64,000 nt of DNA from Halocafeteria seosinensis (GCA_001687465.1 LVLI01000006.1:62001-126000); one strand, 5' to 3'; numbered from the stretch's first letter, positions 1 to 12,437 are shown. Numbers and translations: made by a program. The notes: generated by a model not told the origin, from the letters alone.

Positions 1-218
1 TGCGAAGTCTCATCGAATGGGGTCAATTGCAGGCAAATTCTTGACCGTTTTCCGCTACTTTGCTGGGCCCCAGACTGCTCTTTTCCCGTATCTCGTTTGG
101 TACGCAATACATCCAAATTAGGTTGGCTTGTGGAGCGCGAACTTGAAGCTCTATCGCGTTTTCCTGCTGCGGGTGCCGCTGTATTACTGTTGCTTGAACT
201 CATTATCGTCACCGCCAT
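1..218 (-). CDS. 5' part of a hypothetical protein running off the window (MAVTIMSSSNSNTAAPAAGKRDRASS...)
   Basis: ATG at 218 opens a stop-free frame to position 1; low-complexity Ser/Ala/Lys N-terminus; no motif recognised. Confidence 0.45.
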   Translation of the reverse strand, partial: MAVTIMSSSNSNTAAPAAGKRDRASSSRSTSQPNLDVLRTKRDTGKEQSGAQQSSGKRSRICLQLTPFDETS

Positions 219-1193
219 CTCAAAATACACATTCTAATAGAGTATTCCAACGGGTGGATAACCTCAAATGAACTCGGAAAACCTTGTGTATAGCTGGAAA
301 AGACTTCTCGTTCAAAAAAATCTACAATTCAAATCAGAGCGCCCAAGTATACTTAGTGATTTAACTCTGTACAAGATGCATATTACTATCGCAAGACAGT
401 TCTACGAACGATAATACAAGACAGAATTAGTAAAGTAGCACAACTAGATCAAAGAAGGCACATATCATGGCTGTAATGCCATCATACGCGCGAAATTTGA
501 ATTGGAAAGCAAAAGTGGCATAAAAGTTTGTTTGGTGTGCTTCCAAATGATGGACCAAATCGCCGAAGTATCAACATCTAGGGTACAATTGTATCAGATA
601 CCCGGTATCTCATACTCTTCCTAATATTGCATGGCTCGTTGAATTCTTTGCTTCGGACGACCGAATGTGAGGACCTGCTCCCTGCTCCACGTACTTCATT
701 CAAGTGCAGTGACTGCAGTGACCGATAGTACGAAGGTGGACTTTGATCCATACTCCAGTAACACAGGTTTTACATGAAGTATTGGCACTGCATAATACAT
801 CCAGCATCTCTCGGTCTCGACTGCGTTGCTTTGGGATACACTGGTGATGACGATGCGTTGAGCATCCCCATTATACAGTGATGGATTCCGCTCTCACCAT
901 CCGTGGATCCCGATGAAAGGAGCAACACAGTGGGGGAAATTAATCAGTGCAACTATCTCCATTGTAGCTCAGCTTGAAGTGAACAGTGCCAAGCGGTTTC
1001 GTTCTTTAACTCATTGAGTGACGCAGGCGTTCTAAACGCTGCTGAATCACACAGAGATTCCCGTTACAGTTTGTCACTTAGCACCTCAATATACCTTACT
1101 GTTAAACACTAAATAGACTGTTTTTTGTTGGTTATTGTTGATGTTCTGATCCTGCTCTATTTCATGAATCAAGAGGAAAGCTCAAGTATATTG

Positions 1194-3261
1194 CTAGTCA
1201 CTTGAGGAAATACGCGTACGCTTGTCACTCCGCAGATGGCAAAACCGTGGTCTCAGGAGGTAAGCAACGCTAGTAGAGGTACTTAATATCGAATAAACTG
1301 CAGTACAAATAATGTATTGATGGTCGTGTGACAGGAGAGCCGAATGCTCGAAGAGCATATCTCTCATGTTTGCGGAGAAGGACCGGATAAAAGCCAAATA
1401 AGATGGGGACTGGTTGCTTCAGCGACACCATTGAATCGGAGCGCAGAACAGATCAAAAACGTAGGTGGCGGCCTGCCATCTAAGCGAATACAAACTGTGC
1501 ATATCATCCCTTGAATGCAGACGTGGGTCAATTATCAGGATTCACAGCTAAACGGACCAAGTATTACCGCAGACGAATCCCAAAACCTCGAAAAACAGCC
1601 TTGCGGGAACCAAAGGACCCGTCTAACACCTCGTAGACCCCGACGATCAGCAGATCGAATCCAACATCGACGGTAAATGGCGTAGTAAAGTCCACACTTG
1701 CTCTTCGGTATGAGGACAAAGCCCATGTACATGCACCCGTGCAGGCGAAGACGACGAGGGAGAAACAAAAACAGATCCACAGGTATACGCGGTGAACACG
1801 CCACCCTCTTTTTGTCAGGAGTTCAGAGAAGAAAATATCACCCAGATATTTATGTCCCATCTTCGGATCCTCGGAGAACCCAAAGCATATCATTGGATTC
1901 ATCTGAACGGCAAATCGCGCGAGGTGTCACCAACATCGCTCAGTGTGGAAGCATCGCTTCGCACTTATGCATACATTTATCTGATGCAGAATCAATATTG
2001 CGGAAGTCCTGGTATGATGGCATGAGCGAATGCCTTGAATGCGCGGATGTCTCACGGTCATCATCCATTTCATATGCTTCCGGAAACATGCATCCACCTT
2101 CTGACCTTGTTGAACAGTGTCTTCCCCCGAGGGTCCCAAAGTATACACTACGTAGTCGACGAGAAAACTTCATTTGAGCTCAAATAAACCGTAGAACTTC
2201 ATTCTTTACAATTTTTCTTGCTGTACTTGAATCCAATATCCGGAAGAACGGTGAAAAGCTTAGGTTCCAACCAACGGTGGTTCTGAAGTTGAGCTGCTCC
2301 CATGATGGTTGTGTTGAACCATCCTATTGCGAGCATAACATCAAACTCATAGGCTGTTCCCGGTGGATTTGTAGAAAGAAACGGTCCAAATGTCTTAAAG
2401 ATATGTACCTGGTTCTGATGAACCATGGACTCTGTAAAATATGCTCTAGTAGACTGAAAGGTTGGTTCAATCTCATCCGAGGAGTCCGGTATAAAGTCAT
2501 TCGGATCCAACGGAGGCCCCGTGAAATTCCCGTCATGGGTATCATTGTAAGGATGATATCCGTCATGATCTGGAAAATTCGCAGGTTCCGCCGGAGCATG
2601 TCCTGCAGGATTTACCGAACTATTCCATACTCCTTGAGATAGTAGATACTTCGTTCCAGGTTCCAACGTGAAAGACGAAATATCTGTTAATCATTCAACC
2701 ACAATGGTAGACTCGACTAAATTTGTGCCTGTCCAATCAAAAACAGTAACACACTTTCGAAAACTTACTGGCTGGGAGTGGATGAACCCGGTCTCCGTCA
2801 ACCGTCTCAGAAACATGCACGCGCTGGGAGGCGAGAAGTTCTATTGGAACGCAGCTCTCAACGTTGGCCGCACTACACTCCGGTTCAGTTTTGAATAGGG
2901 CAATCTCAAAATTATCAGTTAACGCGCTACTGAACAAGGTATCAACGCACAGAGGTCTCAAGGGCTCAAAGACATAACTGAGCCAGCGGAGAGTTTGAGC
3001 TTCCTCAACCAGGGATTCCTCGGAGAATTGGCTGATCGTAAACTGTCTAGGTGCTTTTCTCGCGGCAATTATGTCAGCTGTCGAAGCAAGCACAGCCCGT
3101 CGAATGGAATCCGGAGTGCATCGTGAGCACTGCACGGGCGCAAGTAAGTGTCCTAGTAGCAGTCCTAGAAGGAGCATGCGGGTCAGACTCCTCAAGGGCT
3201 GGAGTCTACCGTTTGCCCCTATCGAGTGGTTTGATCCCATTGTATACCAGTGGATAAGCAT
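1194..3261 (-). pseudogene. Possible secreted/membrane protein gene, 3' half apparently degraded
   Basis: Signal-peptide-like MLLLGLLLGHLLAPVQC; ORFs 2737-3261 and 2199-2666 join via a GTAAGT...AACAG intron (~2686-2770); downstream fragments (1564-1902, 1194-1397) are hydrophobic but broken by stops. Confidence 0.35.
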
Positions 3262-3916
3262 TCTAATATGAATCGACTACAGAATTGTCAATACCACCGC
3301 TGATAATCAATTCTTAATAATCCGGAGCACGGTACCAGCGGGTATTATAATTTATGCCGCGGAGAAACAGTGGTACATCCTGGGGTGAACTTGAAGTCGA
3401 GGGCCTTCAGAAAGTGTGAAAAAGCATCAAACAAGATATGACTATCAGAATTGTGTACTCAGAAGTGCGTTCTGTCTATCCAGGTCGAAAATTCGCTACA
3501 TCATCTGAGAGAGATTTAACTCCTTTAACTGCTCCACGGCGGCAGCGCCTAGAATTTCGAAATTCCTCCTGTCGTTGAGGCTGAATTTAGCTTCCAGAAA
3601 TTGGAATGTTAATATAATGTAGGTGATCAGAGATGGAGGTATCAAAGAACAAAGAATCACTACACTGTGGGTCTTCACCAGAACCATTGCACAATTGGAA
3701 CGAGGAGCTGGCGGAGTTACCAGCGGTACCAGCCAGACTTCGGTCTGTACAGATGAGTAACAAACAAGTTACATAGGAACAACGTGACAGTGAAGTACAC
3801 CTGGTATACGTACAGGAACGTGATAGAAATCGATAAGTTCCAATGGTAAGGGTGGTACCTGAAGACCAAATAATAAGGAACAATCTGAGCCAACCTATGG
3901 AGTTCACAGAGCCTCG

Positions 3917-3932
3917 CACACACACACACACA
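3917..3932. repeat. (CA)n microsatellite
   Basis: cacacacacacacaca directly visible. Confidence 0.9.
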
Positions 3933-3937
3933 TATGT

Positions 3938-4632
3938 ATGTGACAGGTAGCCCACCGGCCGATGAGTTGACCGTATCCTCTTAACGAGGAGTGGTATGCG
4001 CCAGCGACGGGCCAGCTGTTCCTGTAGCCTTGCTGACATGCGTCGTGAGGGAACACAACACTGGTTTTGCATCGGGGGAGGTGCCATGCCTGCGACCTGT
4101 ACCGTCAAGGTTCAGTGTGGGAGGAGAAGACCCTGAGACGTGCAAGACGAAACTAACAACAATATCCTCCCAATACTATTAAGCATTGAACTGCTAGCGA
4201 GTCAAGCGGCTGTGTCGAGACGGATGAGTAAGGACGAGACGGAATGGAACGTTCGGAAGACACGCATGGGGAAGAGCCAGGAGAGAAGAGGGACGAAGAA
4301 CTGAGACGGATAGCACGTTTCGGGTGGAATCCGGATTCGAGAACAACCGAAGAGCAAGCTACACGAATTGATTTACACGTGCAAGAGGAAACTAACAACA
4401 ATATCCTCCCAATCCTATTAATCCATGAACTGCTAGCTAGCCATGCGGAGGTCTTATGGGATGTGACGGAAACGGATACTGAAGTTCGGGTCTGCGTCAA
4501 TGCTTTGAAGTCACTCGTTTATGCTGCCTCTCTCCTAGTGGAACAGTGGGCCTGTAGCTGCCAGACACGGGCGCCAGCTGCTACCTAAGTGTAGCGGCTA
4601 ACATCCAGCTGCCGGTGGGCCATCAGTCACAT
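3938..4632. mobile_element. Putative non-autonomous TIR element (MITE-like), ~0.7 kb
   Basis: Inverted pair ATGTGACAGGTAGCCCACCGGCCGATG (3938-3964, +) and ATGTGACTGATGGCCCACCGGCAGCTG (4632-4606, -), 22/27 identical; no TSD found. Confidence 0.5.
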
Positions 4633-5453
4633 CTTCGTCGTGGTCCCTGAGCCTGCGACAGCAACGCCAGGACCGGTTGCAGCAGCGCAGTTAGGATTAG
4701 GTGTTGGTCCAGACGCAACAGTTGTGGCCAATGACAAGCCACCACCTGACGCGGGAGGTGGCACCCGCGTCCACCTCAGTTTCGTCAACATAGCCCAGAT
4801 TGTAGTACGTCTCCTGCTCGAGATCAAAGAAGGTGCGGCTACCCAGATCCTTCTGAAGCTCCCAAACTGTGTCCGGTGACATGTACAGTGTATGAGTGTA
4901 GAGCCGGTAACTTCCAATTAACGGAAGCCTGCTAAGATCTGTGACCGAAAGCTATGATACAAATCGTAGAATCCTGAATGGACCTTGCAGCCTCCATTAC
5001 TGCAAGTTTCGTTGAACGGTGACATCTTTGCTTATCGGAAGTCATCTATCCAATCCTTGTTGGCTCCGTTCCTCGAAAACTAACGATTAGAAGGCTGCTG
5101 AAGGACTCCGCATCATGCATTTAGGTGGTAGCTTCTCAAATTGGACCGTACTGATTTGTGACTGTACTCTGTTTGTGGTAAAAGTTGTACTTCTAATCAA
5201 CTCTAACATAAAAATGACTATTGCCGGTATAACGCTATAACAGCGGATTCTAAGATCAACTGAGGCTTCCGCACCACGGCCCTCCGCTGTCTACATTTCT
5301 ATCAACGCTTCCGAGTCTCAACATAGAATAAATAATGGTGTCTAGATGGCTGATGGTACGACAGAGGAAGCACGTTGTTGAAACTCACGGTCTATTCGTA
5401 ACACAGTTTGCACGTACTTGTACGTCAATGGAAGTATATTTATCCACACTTGT

Positions 5454-6775
5454 CTAGAATTTACGATTGTTCAGCTTTTTCAGCTGCTCAGCGGCAGCGG
5501 CCCCAAGGACTTCGAAATCCTCCGGGTCATTGAAGCTGAATTTGTCAGAGTCGCAGCTTCCGGAAATCGGGATGTTAATATAATGTAGATGATCAGATAT
5601 GGAAGTGTCGAAATCCAGTGAATCACTGCACTGCCCATCTTCACCAGATCCATCGCACACTTGGAATGAGGAACTGTCGGAGTTGTACCAAACCTCGGTC
5701 TGCAGTAGATGAATCAAAGCTATGTTGCCGTACGAAGTCTTCTACACACTATGTTTCTGAATATACTTACAGGTACATGATAAAAGTCCATCAGTTCCAA
5801 CGGTAAATGGGGTACCTGCAGATGAAGAACAACTACATATATTCCCCTCAACCAAGCCTGAAATTGTCAAAAGCACTTACGGGATCCCGCCAGTGCGTCA
5901 CACGGTACACTGTAGACTGGCCCAATGTACGACTGAAAGCCTGAGAAAAGGCTTTATTTCCCACACGAGGATCGCCAAAAGTAAAGCCTTGCACGACGTT
6001 GTACCCGGTAATCTTGAGGTCATACGCGGCTACAGTGGCCATAGCAGCGCCCAAGCTGTGGCCAGTAATATGGACAGCTGTTGAGGTTGTAACTTCCAAC
6101 TGACGGAAACCACTCAGGATCTGAGACCGAAGACTATGATACGAATCGTAAAATCCTGAATGCACTTTGCAACCCCCGCTGCAGGTTTCATTGAAAGGAG
6201 ACATCTTAGCATATTTGAAGTCGTCAATCCAGTCCTTGAGACTCTTCGGTTCCGTTCCGCGGAAGCTAACAACTACGTCTGCATTGCGAAGAACGGTCAA
6301 CCACCCCATCAAGCGACGCATATACTGATTCTCTCTATGAAAAAGAGAAGGCTTACCACCAGAATCCTGTCGTCTTCCGACGTACGCTTGCACATTGAGT
6401 TTCGAGTCATAAGCGACAGTAATCCCGCTCATCGGGATTTGCTCGCATGGCTTGCCGCAATTCCACTGCAGTGCATAATTCGACGAAGAAGGTACTAACT
6501 CTGTCATCCAATCCTATAATTTTCCTCCCAAGGTATACGTACACTTTGAATACTCTGACTGGAGCAATATGCAGCAGCAGACATCCACACATATTCGATA
6601 GCTGTTGATTGGCTATACTCTGCAGAGGGATTAGCGGGTAATCATTGAGTTTGGGGACCCCAATAGAACACAGAGCGCATTCGTGTGTCTCCATAGGATC
6701 TTCATACGTACCAGCAGACACAGAGGTAATGGCAATGAGAAGAGAAAGACACAAAGCTTGAGAAAGGCTCCGCAT
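5454..6775 (-). CDS. Secreted class 3 (Lipase_3) triacylglycerol lipase, copy 2, multi-exon
   Basis: Signal peptide; SAAAYC, VVSFRGT, VHSGF, ITGHSLGAAMA nucleophile elbow, TFGDPRVGN, HWRDPVPHLP, DHLHY; introns include 5816-5880 and 5700-5770. Confidence 0.92.
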
Positions 6776-7078
6776 GGTTCCTTCTTTTCCACCGAGCTTG
6801 CAACCAGTGGTTATTGAGCCCGATTCGCTTACGAATCGTGTTGTTTTATGGTCCTAGTTTACACGGTAGCAACAGACCGTCGGTTTGACAATCACTGCAA
6901 ATATTCCACTAATGAACGGCCAACGGGATTCTAGGATGCTGCAGCGGTGTAGTTCAAGCCTTCAACCTCAAGGAACAAGCAGTTTTCCAGAAGATGAAGT
7001 TAAGTCAGAAAAGTAGAAAATGGTGAACTCTCACAATGGGTGTTTGATTTGAAGACTATGCACCAACATGAGTTCAAT

Positions 7079-8267
7079 TCAGTTCGAGTGGTTCTGCTTG
7101 AGGTCTTCAGCAGCTGCTTCACTCAAAATCTTGAAATTCTGGGGATCATTGAAACTGAATTTATCAGAATCGCAACTGCCAGCAATAGAAATATTGATGT
7201 AATGAAGGTGATCATGGATAGAGATGTCGAAGTCAAGAGTGTCGCTGCAGCTCTTGTCCTCGCCGGATCCATCGCAGACTGTGTAGCCAGCGCTATTTGA
7301 GTTGTACCACACTTCAGTGGGAACATGATAGAATCCCATGATCTTAAAGGGAACATGAGGAACCGGGTCTCTCCAGTGAGTGACCCGATATAAAGTCGAG
7401 TCTCCGATACGACTCTTGAACATGTCAGACAGCGCCTGGTTCCCGACGCGAGGTTCACCGAAGTTGTATGTCTGCGCAATAGTGTATCCGTCGCGATCAA
7501 GATCGAACGCACACAGAGTTGACATTGCAGCACCTAAACTGTGACCCGTAATGTGCAGTGGTGTGCTCTTGGTAACACCGATCTTGTTGAGCCCCTGGAC
7601 GATTTGGGGCTTGAGGGAGTTAAGGGCTTGGTAGAAACCCTCATGAACCTCGCATCCGGTACAAGCATCAAAGGGACTCTTTTTCGCAAATTTTAAATTC
7701 TCTATCCAATCCTTGATGCTCTTAACTTCGGTACCGCGAAAACTTACGATTACATCTGCAACGATTCTCCCTCAATGCATGCCCGGAGTGTACAGGGTGG
7801 TCTTTAAGTTATGCACGTACCTCCGTTGTCTCTCCGCTTTCCGACGTAAGCTTGCACATTGTGCGTCTCGTTGTACGCTCTCGTGATGTCGGTCATTGGG
7901 ATTTTCTCGCATGGTTCTCCACAATTCCACTGCATCAGGCAGGAGGCAAGCGAAATCCATCTGAGAACGTAAAAATCGTGCTTTTGCCATGATTGCATAG
8001 CTTACATTTTCAATGCTATTGCCGCTGCAGTATGCAGCAGCAGACATCCAAATATATTCGATCGCGGTTGCCTGATCATAGTCTGTAAAAACAAAAGAAC
8101 AGCTTCCATGTTAAACTACTGAACTTCCACCCTTCCAAGTTCCAGTATTACTGTGTTCTCATATCTCAATGGAAATCCAAGCTACTTTACATACGTCCGG
8201 TAACAGAAGCACTCATGCAAGTGGTGGTCACCAAACAAGCGATGAAAAGGCCTGCAAGAGTCCTCAT
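7079..8267 (-). CDS. Secreted class 3 lipase, copy 1, multi-exon
   Basis: MRTLAGLFIACLVTTTCMSASV signal peptide; SAAAYC, SFRGT, VHEGF, ITGHSLGAAMS, NFGEPRVGN, HWRDPVPHVP, DHLHY. Confidence 0.92.
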
Positions 8268-9318
8268 ATTCCACTCCCTGGCTCTTCAACTGCAGAACCG
8301 AACTGGCAAGCAAAGAACACGGATTCGTAGAGTGAATTGATCCCTCTACCTTATGTACTTGTGAGTTTGTTTCAAAGAACGTCCCAAAACAATGCATGCT
8401 AGACAAATTTGAGACTCTGATTAACTGCAACCGTTAAGTTCTTGAAGGAACCCTCGCGTAGGCTAGCCTGGCTAGCCTGGCTTAGCTGGCTACGGTGTAG
8501 CTTCAACAAGTTCAAGCCCTACCAGCCAGCAGCCAGCTTCGGTACAGTGGTAAAAGAAGCAAGCACATAGCTCCGTTCATCTGGTGAAATACGTTTTGGG
8601 CCTTTGATGGGCAAGCTGGTTGTATCAGAATGGATTACCGGAAAATGCTACCACGTGGACTCCACTCCAGTCACAGACACACCCATGTGATGAGATCGCC
8701 CACCGGCCAGTTGTTTCGCGAATGGTGACTGCTACACTTCAGCCATTGATCGAACGCTTGCTTTGTCAGTTTTGGACTCTATGGACAGGCTGAGGTCACA
8801 AAGGTTTTTTCAACAACTTCTTGACCGGGGTTTCATTGCTGTCCTTCCTCGGCGGCCGCGGGCAGCGGATCCCGCAGCCGCTCCGCCGAAACCAACTGTT
8901 CTTGGCTCGCAACGATCCTTGACCACAACACTGTGGTATAGTTACATTAGATAGGATTCATTGCCAACTGCGACAGTTTAGGTACAAGAACAATCATAGT
9001 CCGCGTTTGACTAATTCTATTCGTTTCAGCTAGATTTTGTTTGCTTTTCTTCGCGCGGCGGATGCCTGGGAACCCAGCATATGGCAGCCGGGAATCCCCC
9101 GACTAAAAAGATTCAATCAATCACTGTCGTTATTCAGTTTACATAGGAGACTGCTGGATACACGAACGCTGACTGAGGCCGTCTATTTCCTGTTCCTTTG
9201 TCACCGCATGTCTGTTTCACGGGAAATATTTGTGTACGATAGTCCAAGGGGCACCAGAACGACTGTCTGAGTGTCGCAACCGGTTTTCGGGTCCATACCT
9301 ATAGTCCGAGACACGATA

Positions 9319-10749
9319 ATGACGCCTACTGATCGAAATAGTAGATGTATTTCTACAGTGTTGCTTGGGATAGCGATGCTGGCAGTCCTTCTGATATTAT
9401 TTTTGCGGTATCAGAACCCCCTACCGGTGGCAAAGCGAAGCCCCACTCTCCAAACCAGCGAGATGGTGACACCCTCCAACAACAAGACACCCACTGCTGA
9501 TTTGCAAAGTGAAGACAAACCCGGAAAGTCTAGACCACCAAAAAATGATTCGAAGAAAACCCAACTGAAGTATAGACTCCCGCGGGGAGCGGAGTGCAGA
9601 GAGTTTCGACGATATTTGGAGCGTAAGCTGTATTCTTCCAATGCTACAATAGATGAGACGGTAGAGAAGCATGATAACGAGACTGAATTTAAGATTCATG
9701 TTTCCAAGGTGTTCCAGCGGCATGTTTGGACGATTAGGATCCCACAGTGTGGCCGGTACGTGTTCAAGCTCTCATGCAGGCCAAAACTGTCCAGATGGCG
9801 TGGGAGACAAGCATGGCCTGAAATCGTCGCGAGCATACTAGATCGTGATATCCTCCGCTTCAACTTAACGTTTCCAGCATATGGTCTACCACTGCCGATG
9901 TCTCTGCTTGACAAGACAAAGATAATGGACAAACGATGCAGTCGCAAGTATGGGGAAGACAAAATTCAAATTGCGATGGGTGCGATGACACCATTTGCAA
10001 GCTTTAAGTCCAATCAAATCAAGTGGTACAATAAAAAGTGCAACGCTGCCTCGCCAAACTTTCTGGATCAGTTGTTCCGTCTAGTTTTGTTCGATTACCT
10101 CGTTCTCAACACTGACAGGGATAGCCCTAAAAACTGGTTCCGCAAGGGGGAAGACATCGTGGCAATGGACAATGGCGCGTGGGCAATGCATGGTAGCAAA
10201 GCTATGTGCAAGCCAAATGCGACATTGGTATTATTCGAAAAAATGAAGGTGCTGCAGAACCGCAAATCTAAGTGCAAGTGGATAAAGAAGAGCCCAAAAC
10301 CTATTTGTACGCTTGTGAGACAGATACGGAACTCTACTGCAGTTCACAATCTATTGAGTACTTCTCCCGCAACTTGGCGGAATCTGCTCCAATCACGTTT
10401 GGAGAGGGATTTATGGTTTCAATGGTCACCTTTTCTATTCTCTCGGAAGAAGGTAAAACCCATTTTAGATCGGGATCTAATTAGTTGCGCAGACAGTCTT
10501 CGTGCAGCCGGAACAACGAACGCTACCACAATCAGTGAAAAACATCTAGCGAGTTTCGTTTCCAGAGAGATAGCGTTATACAAAAGCCCAGGAGACGGTA
10601 CATGGCTGTCTAAGCAATGGGTAGGGTGTCCTTCAGGGAGCAGCCGTCGCAAAGTACGCAACGACTCCCGTGACCCCGTTTCGGCAATTCCGGCATCTGC
10701 AACCTCCCCGTGGAGCACATTCAATCTGGGGCTTAAATCGTGGCGTTGA
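9319..10749 (+). CDS. Type II membrane Fam20/four-jointed-like secretory pathway kinase
   Basis: N-terminal anchor ISTVLLGIAMLAVLLILFL, a stem region, then EIVASILDRDIL (cf. Fam20C EIAAFHLDRIL), LFDYLVLNTDR (cf. FDFLxGNxDR) and AMDNG. Confidence 0.7.
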   Translation: MTPTDRNSRCISTVLLGIAMLAVLLILFLRYQNPLPVAKRSPTLQTSEMVTPSNNKTPTADLQSEDKPGKSRPPKNDSKKTQLKYRLPRGAECREFRRYLERKLYSSNATIDETVEKHDNETEFKIHVSKVFQRHVWTIRIPQCGRYVFKLSCRPKLSRWRGRQAWPEIVASILDRDILRFNLTFPAYGLPLPMSLLDKTKIMDKRCSRKYGEDKIQIAMGAMTPFASFKSNQIKWYNKKCNAASPNFLDQLFRLVLFDYLVLNTDRDSPKNWFRKGEDIVAMDNGAWAMHGSKAMCKPNATLVLFEKMKVLQNRKSKCKWIKKSPKPICTLVRQIRNSTAVHNLLSTSPATWRNLLQSRLERDLWFQWSPFLFSRKKVKPILDRDLISCADSLRAAGTTNATTISEKHLASFVSREIALYKSPGDGTWLSKQWVGCPSGSSRRKVRNDSRDPVSAIPASATSPWSTFNLGLKSWR

Positions 10750-11467
10750 ACGCCATCTCGTTGTCGGATCCCAAAATCACAGAAGAATGTTCAAAGCGGT
10801 CAACGAATAATTTCAACCCAGTTGCCTTCAGGGCCGTTGCGTACATTGAATTCGGTAGAACGCAGTAAAGTGTAGGACTAGTACCACTTGCTCAATGAAC
10901 CCCTGGGAACCATTAGGGCCGTGGCCTCATGTGTGTAGTCAGCTGCACCACAGCACAGTTGCTGCGTTTAAACAATCATGCGTCATGACTGTTGGCACAG
11001 GCACCCCATCTGAACTAGTATCAGCAAATATACCGGTTAGGCCACAAACTAATAATTGGAAATGTACACTTTCGAAACGGAGTGACTGTCAGTCCAGTTG
11101 GCCCATCAGGTTGGCTGCTGCGTATACCACCGCATGTGATAGTAGCTTCTTGGTACATGAAAATTCGTGCTCTCACTAAATCTATTCTTCGAAATCACTG
11201 AATAACTTATTGTAACCCTCCAAGGTGTAAGAAGAAATTACCATAAGATCTTGGATCAGTGGGAGTCCACTGTGGGACTGTGAACTTCATTTGAATTGGC
11301 TTCCCGTCTCTACGATGCAGGGAGAATGTTCTGTTATGCATTGTAAAACATATTTTGGAAAATTCTAGACAAGTTCTGATATTTTCAGTTCTTGTTCATT
11401 TGCTAGCTCCTATTGTATCGTGCAACTTCGTCCCAACAGCGCGTTAACGGTCGCCAACGAGGCCGAT

Positions 11468-12391
11468 ATGACAGACATCGATACATCGACAACAACTGTG
11501 GGAGATGAGGTGGATACGGAAGCGGTAGCGAATAATCGAGATGAAGATTCCGAAAAATTGCAGGTCTTACGACAGATTAGGAACAACTTTGACAAGGTAA
11601 GGAAGTTGGCTTCACAGTTTGCCCAGGACGTGAATGGTGCTTCATACGATTGTTTGCGGCTACAGGCACATTCGATTATGCAGACTATACGATATAAAAC
11701 TTCATATTTTAGGCAAAACGCTACTGCTGCCTCAGAACGAGTAAAAACAGCTAGCAATCCGCTGAAAGAAGCATGCGAAAACTACTTCAAACCGCAGCAG
11801 ACGCCACAACATGGTACACAAATTGAAATCCACCCCCAGCAAGAGAAGAAAGACGATCGCATATCTGATGAACAAAGAAGGCAAATTCAATATTATCTTA
11901 GAGCTAAGGATACAGATGTGCTTACGGATATAGAGTCTCTGCCGTATACACTTGAAGGGTCAGACGCAAAGGCACTCGCTGCTGCGCTTGTGCAGTTGGC
12001 AGAACATCGAGTTTCGCAGAATGACTTGGAACAAGCTGCAAGACTCTTTGAAAGAGCGTTCCATAATGATCCCTCAAATGGAAGCCTATTGTCTATATTA
12101 GAGACAAGAATGAGTATCTCGCCGACATGCGAATGTGTTTCGACGCCCAATATTGTGCAAGCACTGTCCAGGTCATCCCGGGAAAGGCGATCCAAGGCGC
12201 CAACAGATGTAACCAACAAGAAAACCGCAGTAGAACTAAGGTATCAAACTGAAAAGAGAAAGGCGGAAAATCAGGAAACTCCCGGCCTTTCCAAATCTCG
12301 CAAGAGTCTAGGAAGCTCTGGTGTCCAGAGTGGGGCTGTGTCCAGCAATGCTCCCAAGGGTCCTCGGAGAGTACCTAAAAAGCAGAAGTAG
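11468..12391 (+). CDS. Hypothetical protein with a single TPR-like motif and basic C-terminus
   Basis: Long ORF; LVQLAEHRVSQNDLEQAARLFERAFHNDPSN fits TPR consensus. Confidence 0.65.
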   Translation: MTDIDTSTTTVGDEVDTEAVANNRDEDSEKLQVLRQIRNNFDKVRKLASQFAQDVNGASYDCLRLQAHSIMQTIRYKTSYFRQNATAASERVKTASNPLKEACENYFKPQQTPQHGTQIEIHPQQEKKDDRISDEQRRQIQYYLRAKDTDVLTDIESLPYTLEGSDAKALAAALVQLAEHRVSQNDLEQAARLFERAFHNDPSNGSLLSILETRMSISPTCECVSTPNIVQALSRSSRERRSKAPTDVTNKKTAVELRYQTEKRKAENQETPGLSKSRKSLGSSGVQSGAVSSNAPKGPRRVPKKQK

Positions 12392-12437
12392 AACGCTAAT
12401 GGAAAACAGAGCTACTATGCTTCACGCAAGCAATACC

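Larger units (their letters stand above)
3496..5100 (-). pseudogene. Class 3 lipase pseudogene (third tandem copy), interrupted
   Basis: 4860-5090 aligns with lipase copy 2 (DWIDDFR*AKMSPFNETC...KVHSGFY...HVTGHSLG) but has two TAA stops and a frameshift; 3496-3900 matches the last two exons; the intervening lipase segment is replaced by ~0.95 kb of unrelated DNA. Confidence 0.85.

Noticed and set aside
4141..4450. CRISPR-like or LTR pair
   Set aside because: Only two imperfect copies, eukaryotic context, no cas genes, no PBS/PPT or TSD
10419..11179. Separate gene overlapping the kinase 3' end
   Set aside because: Short broken frames with no recognisable motif or consistent splice model
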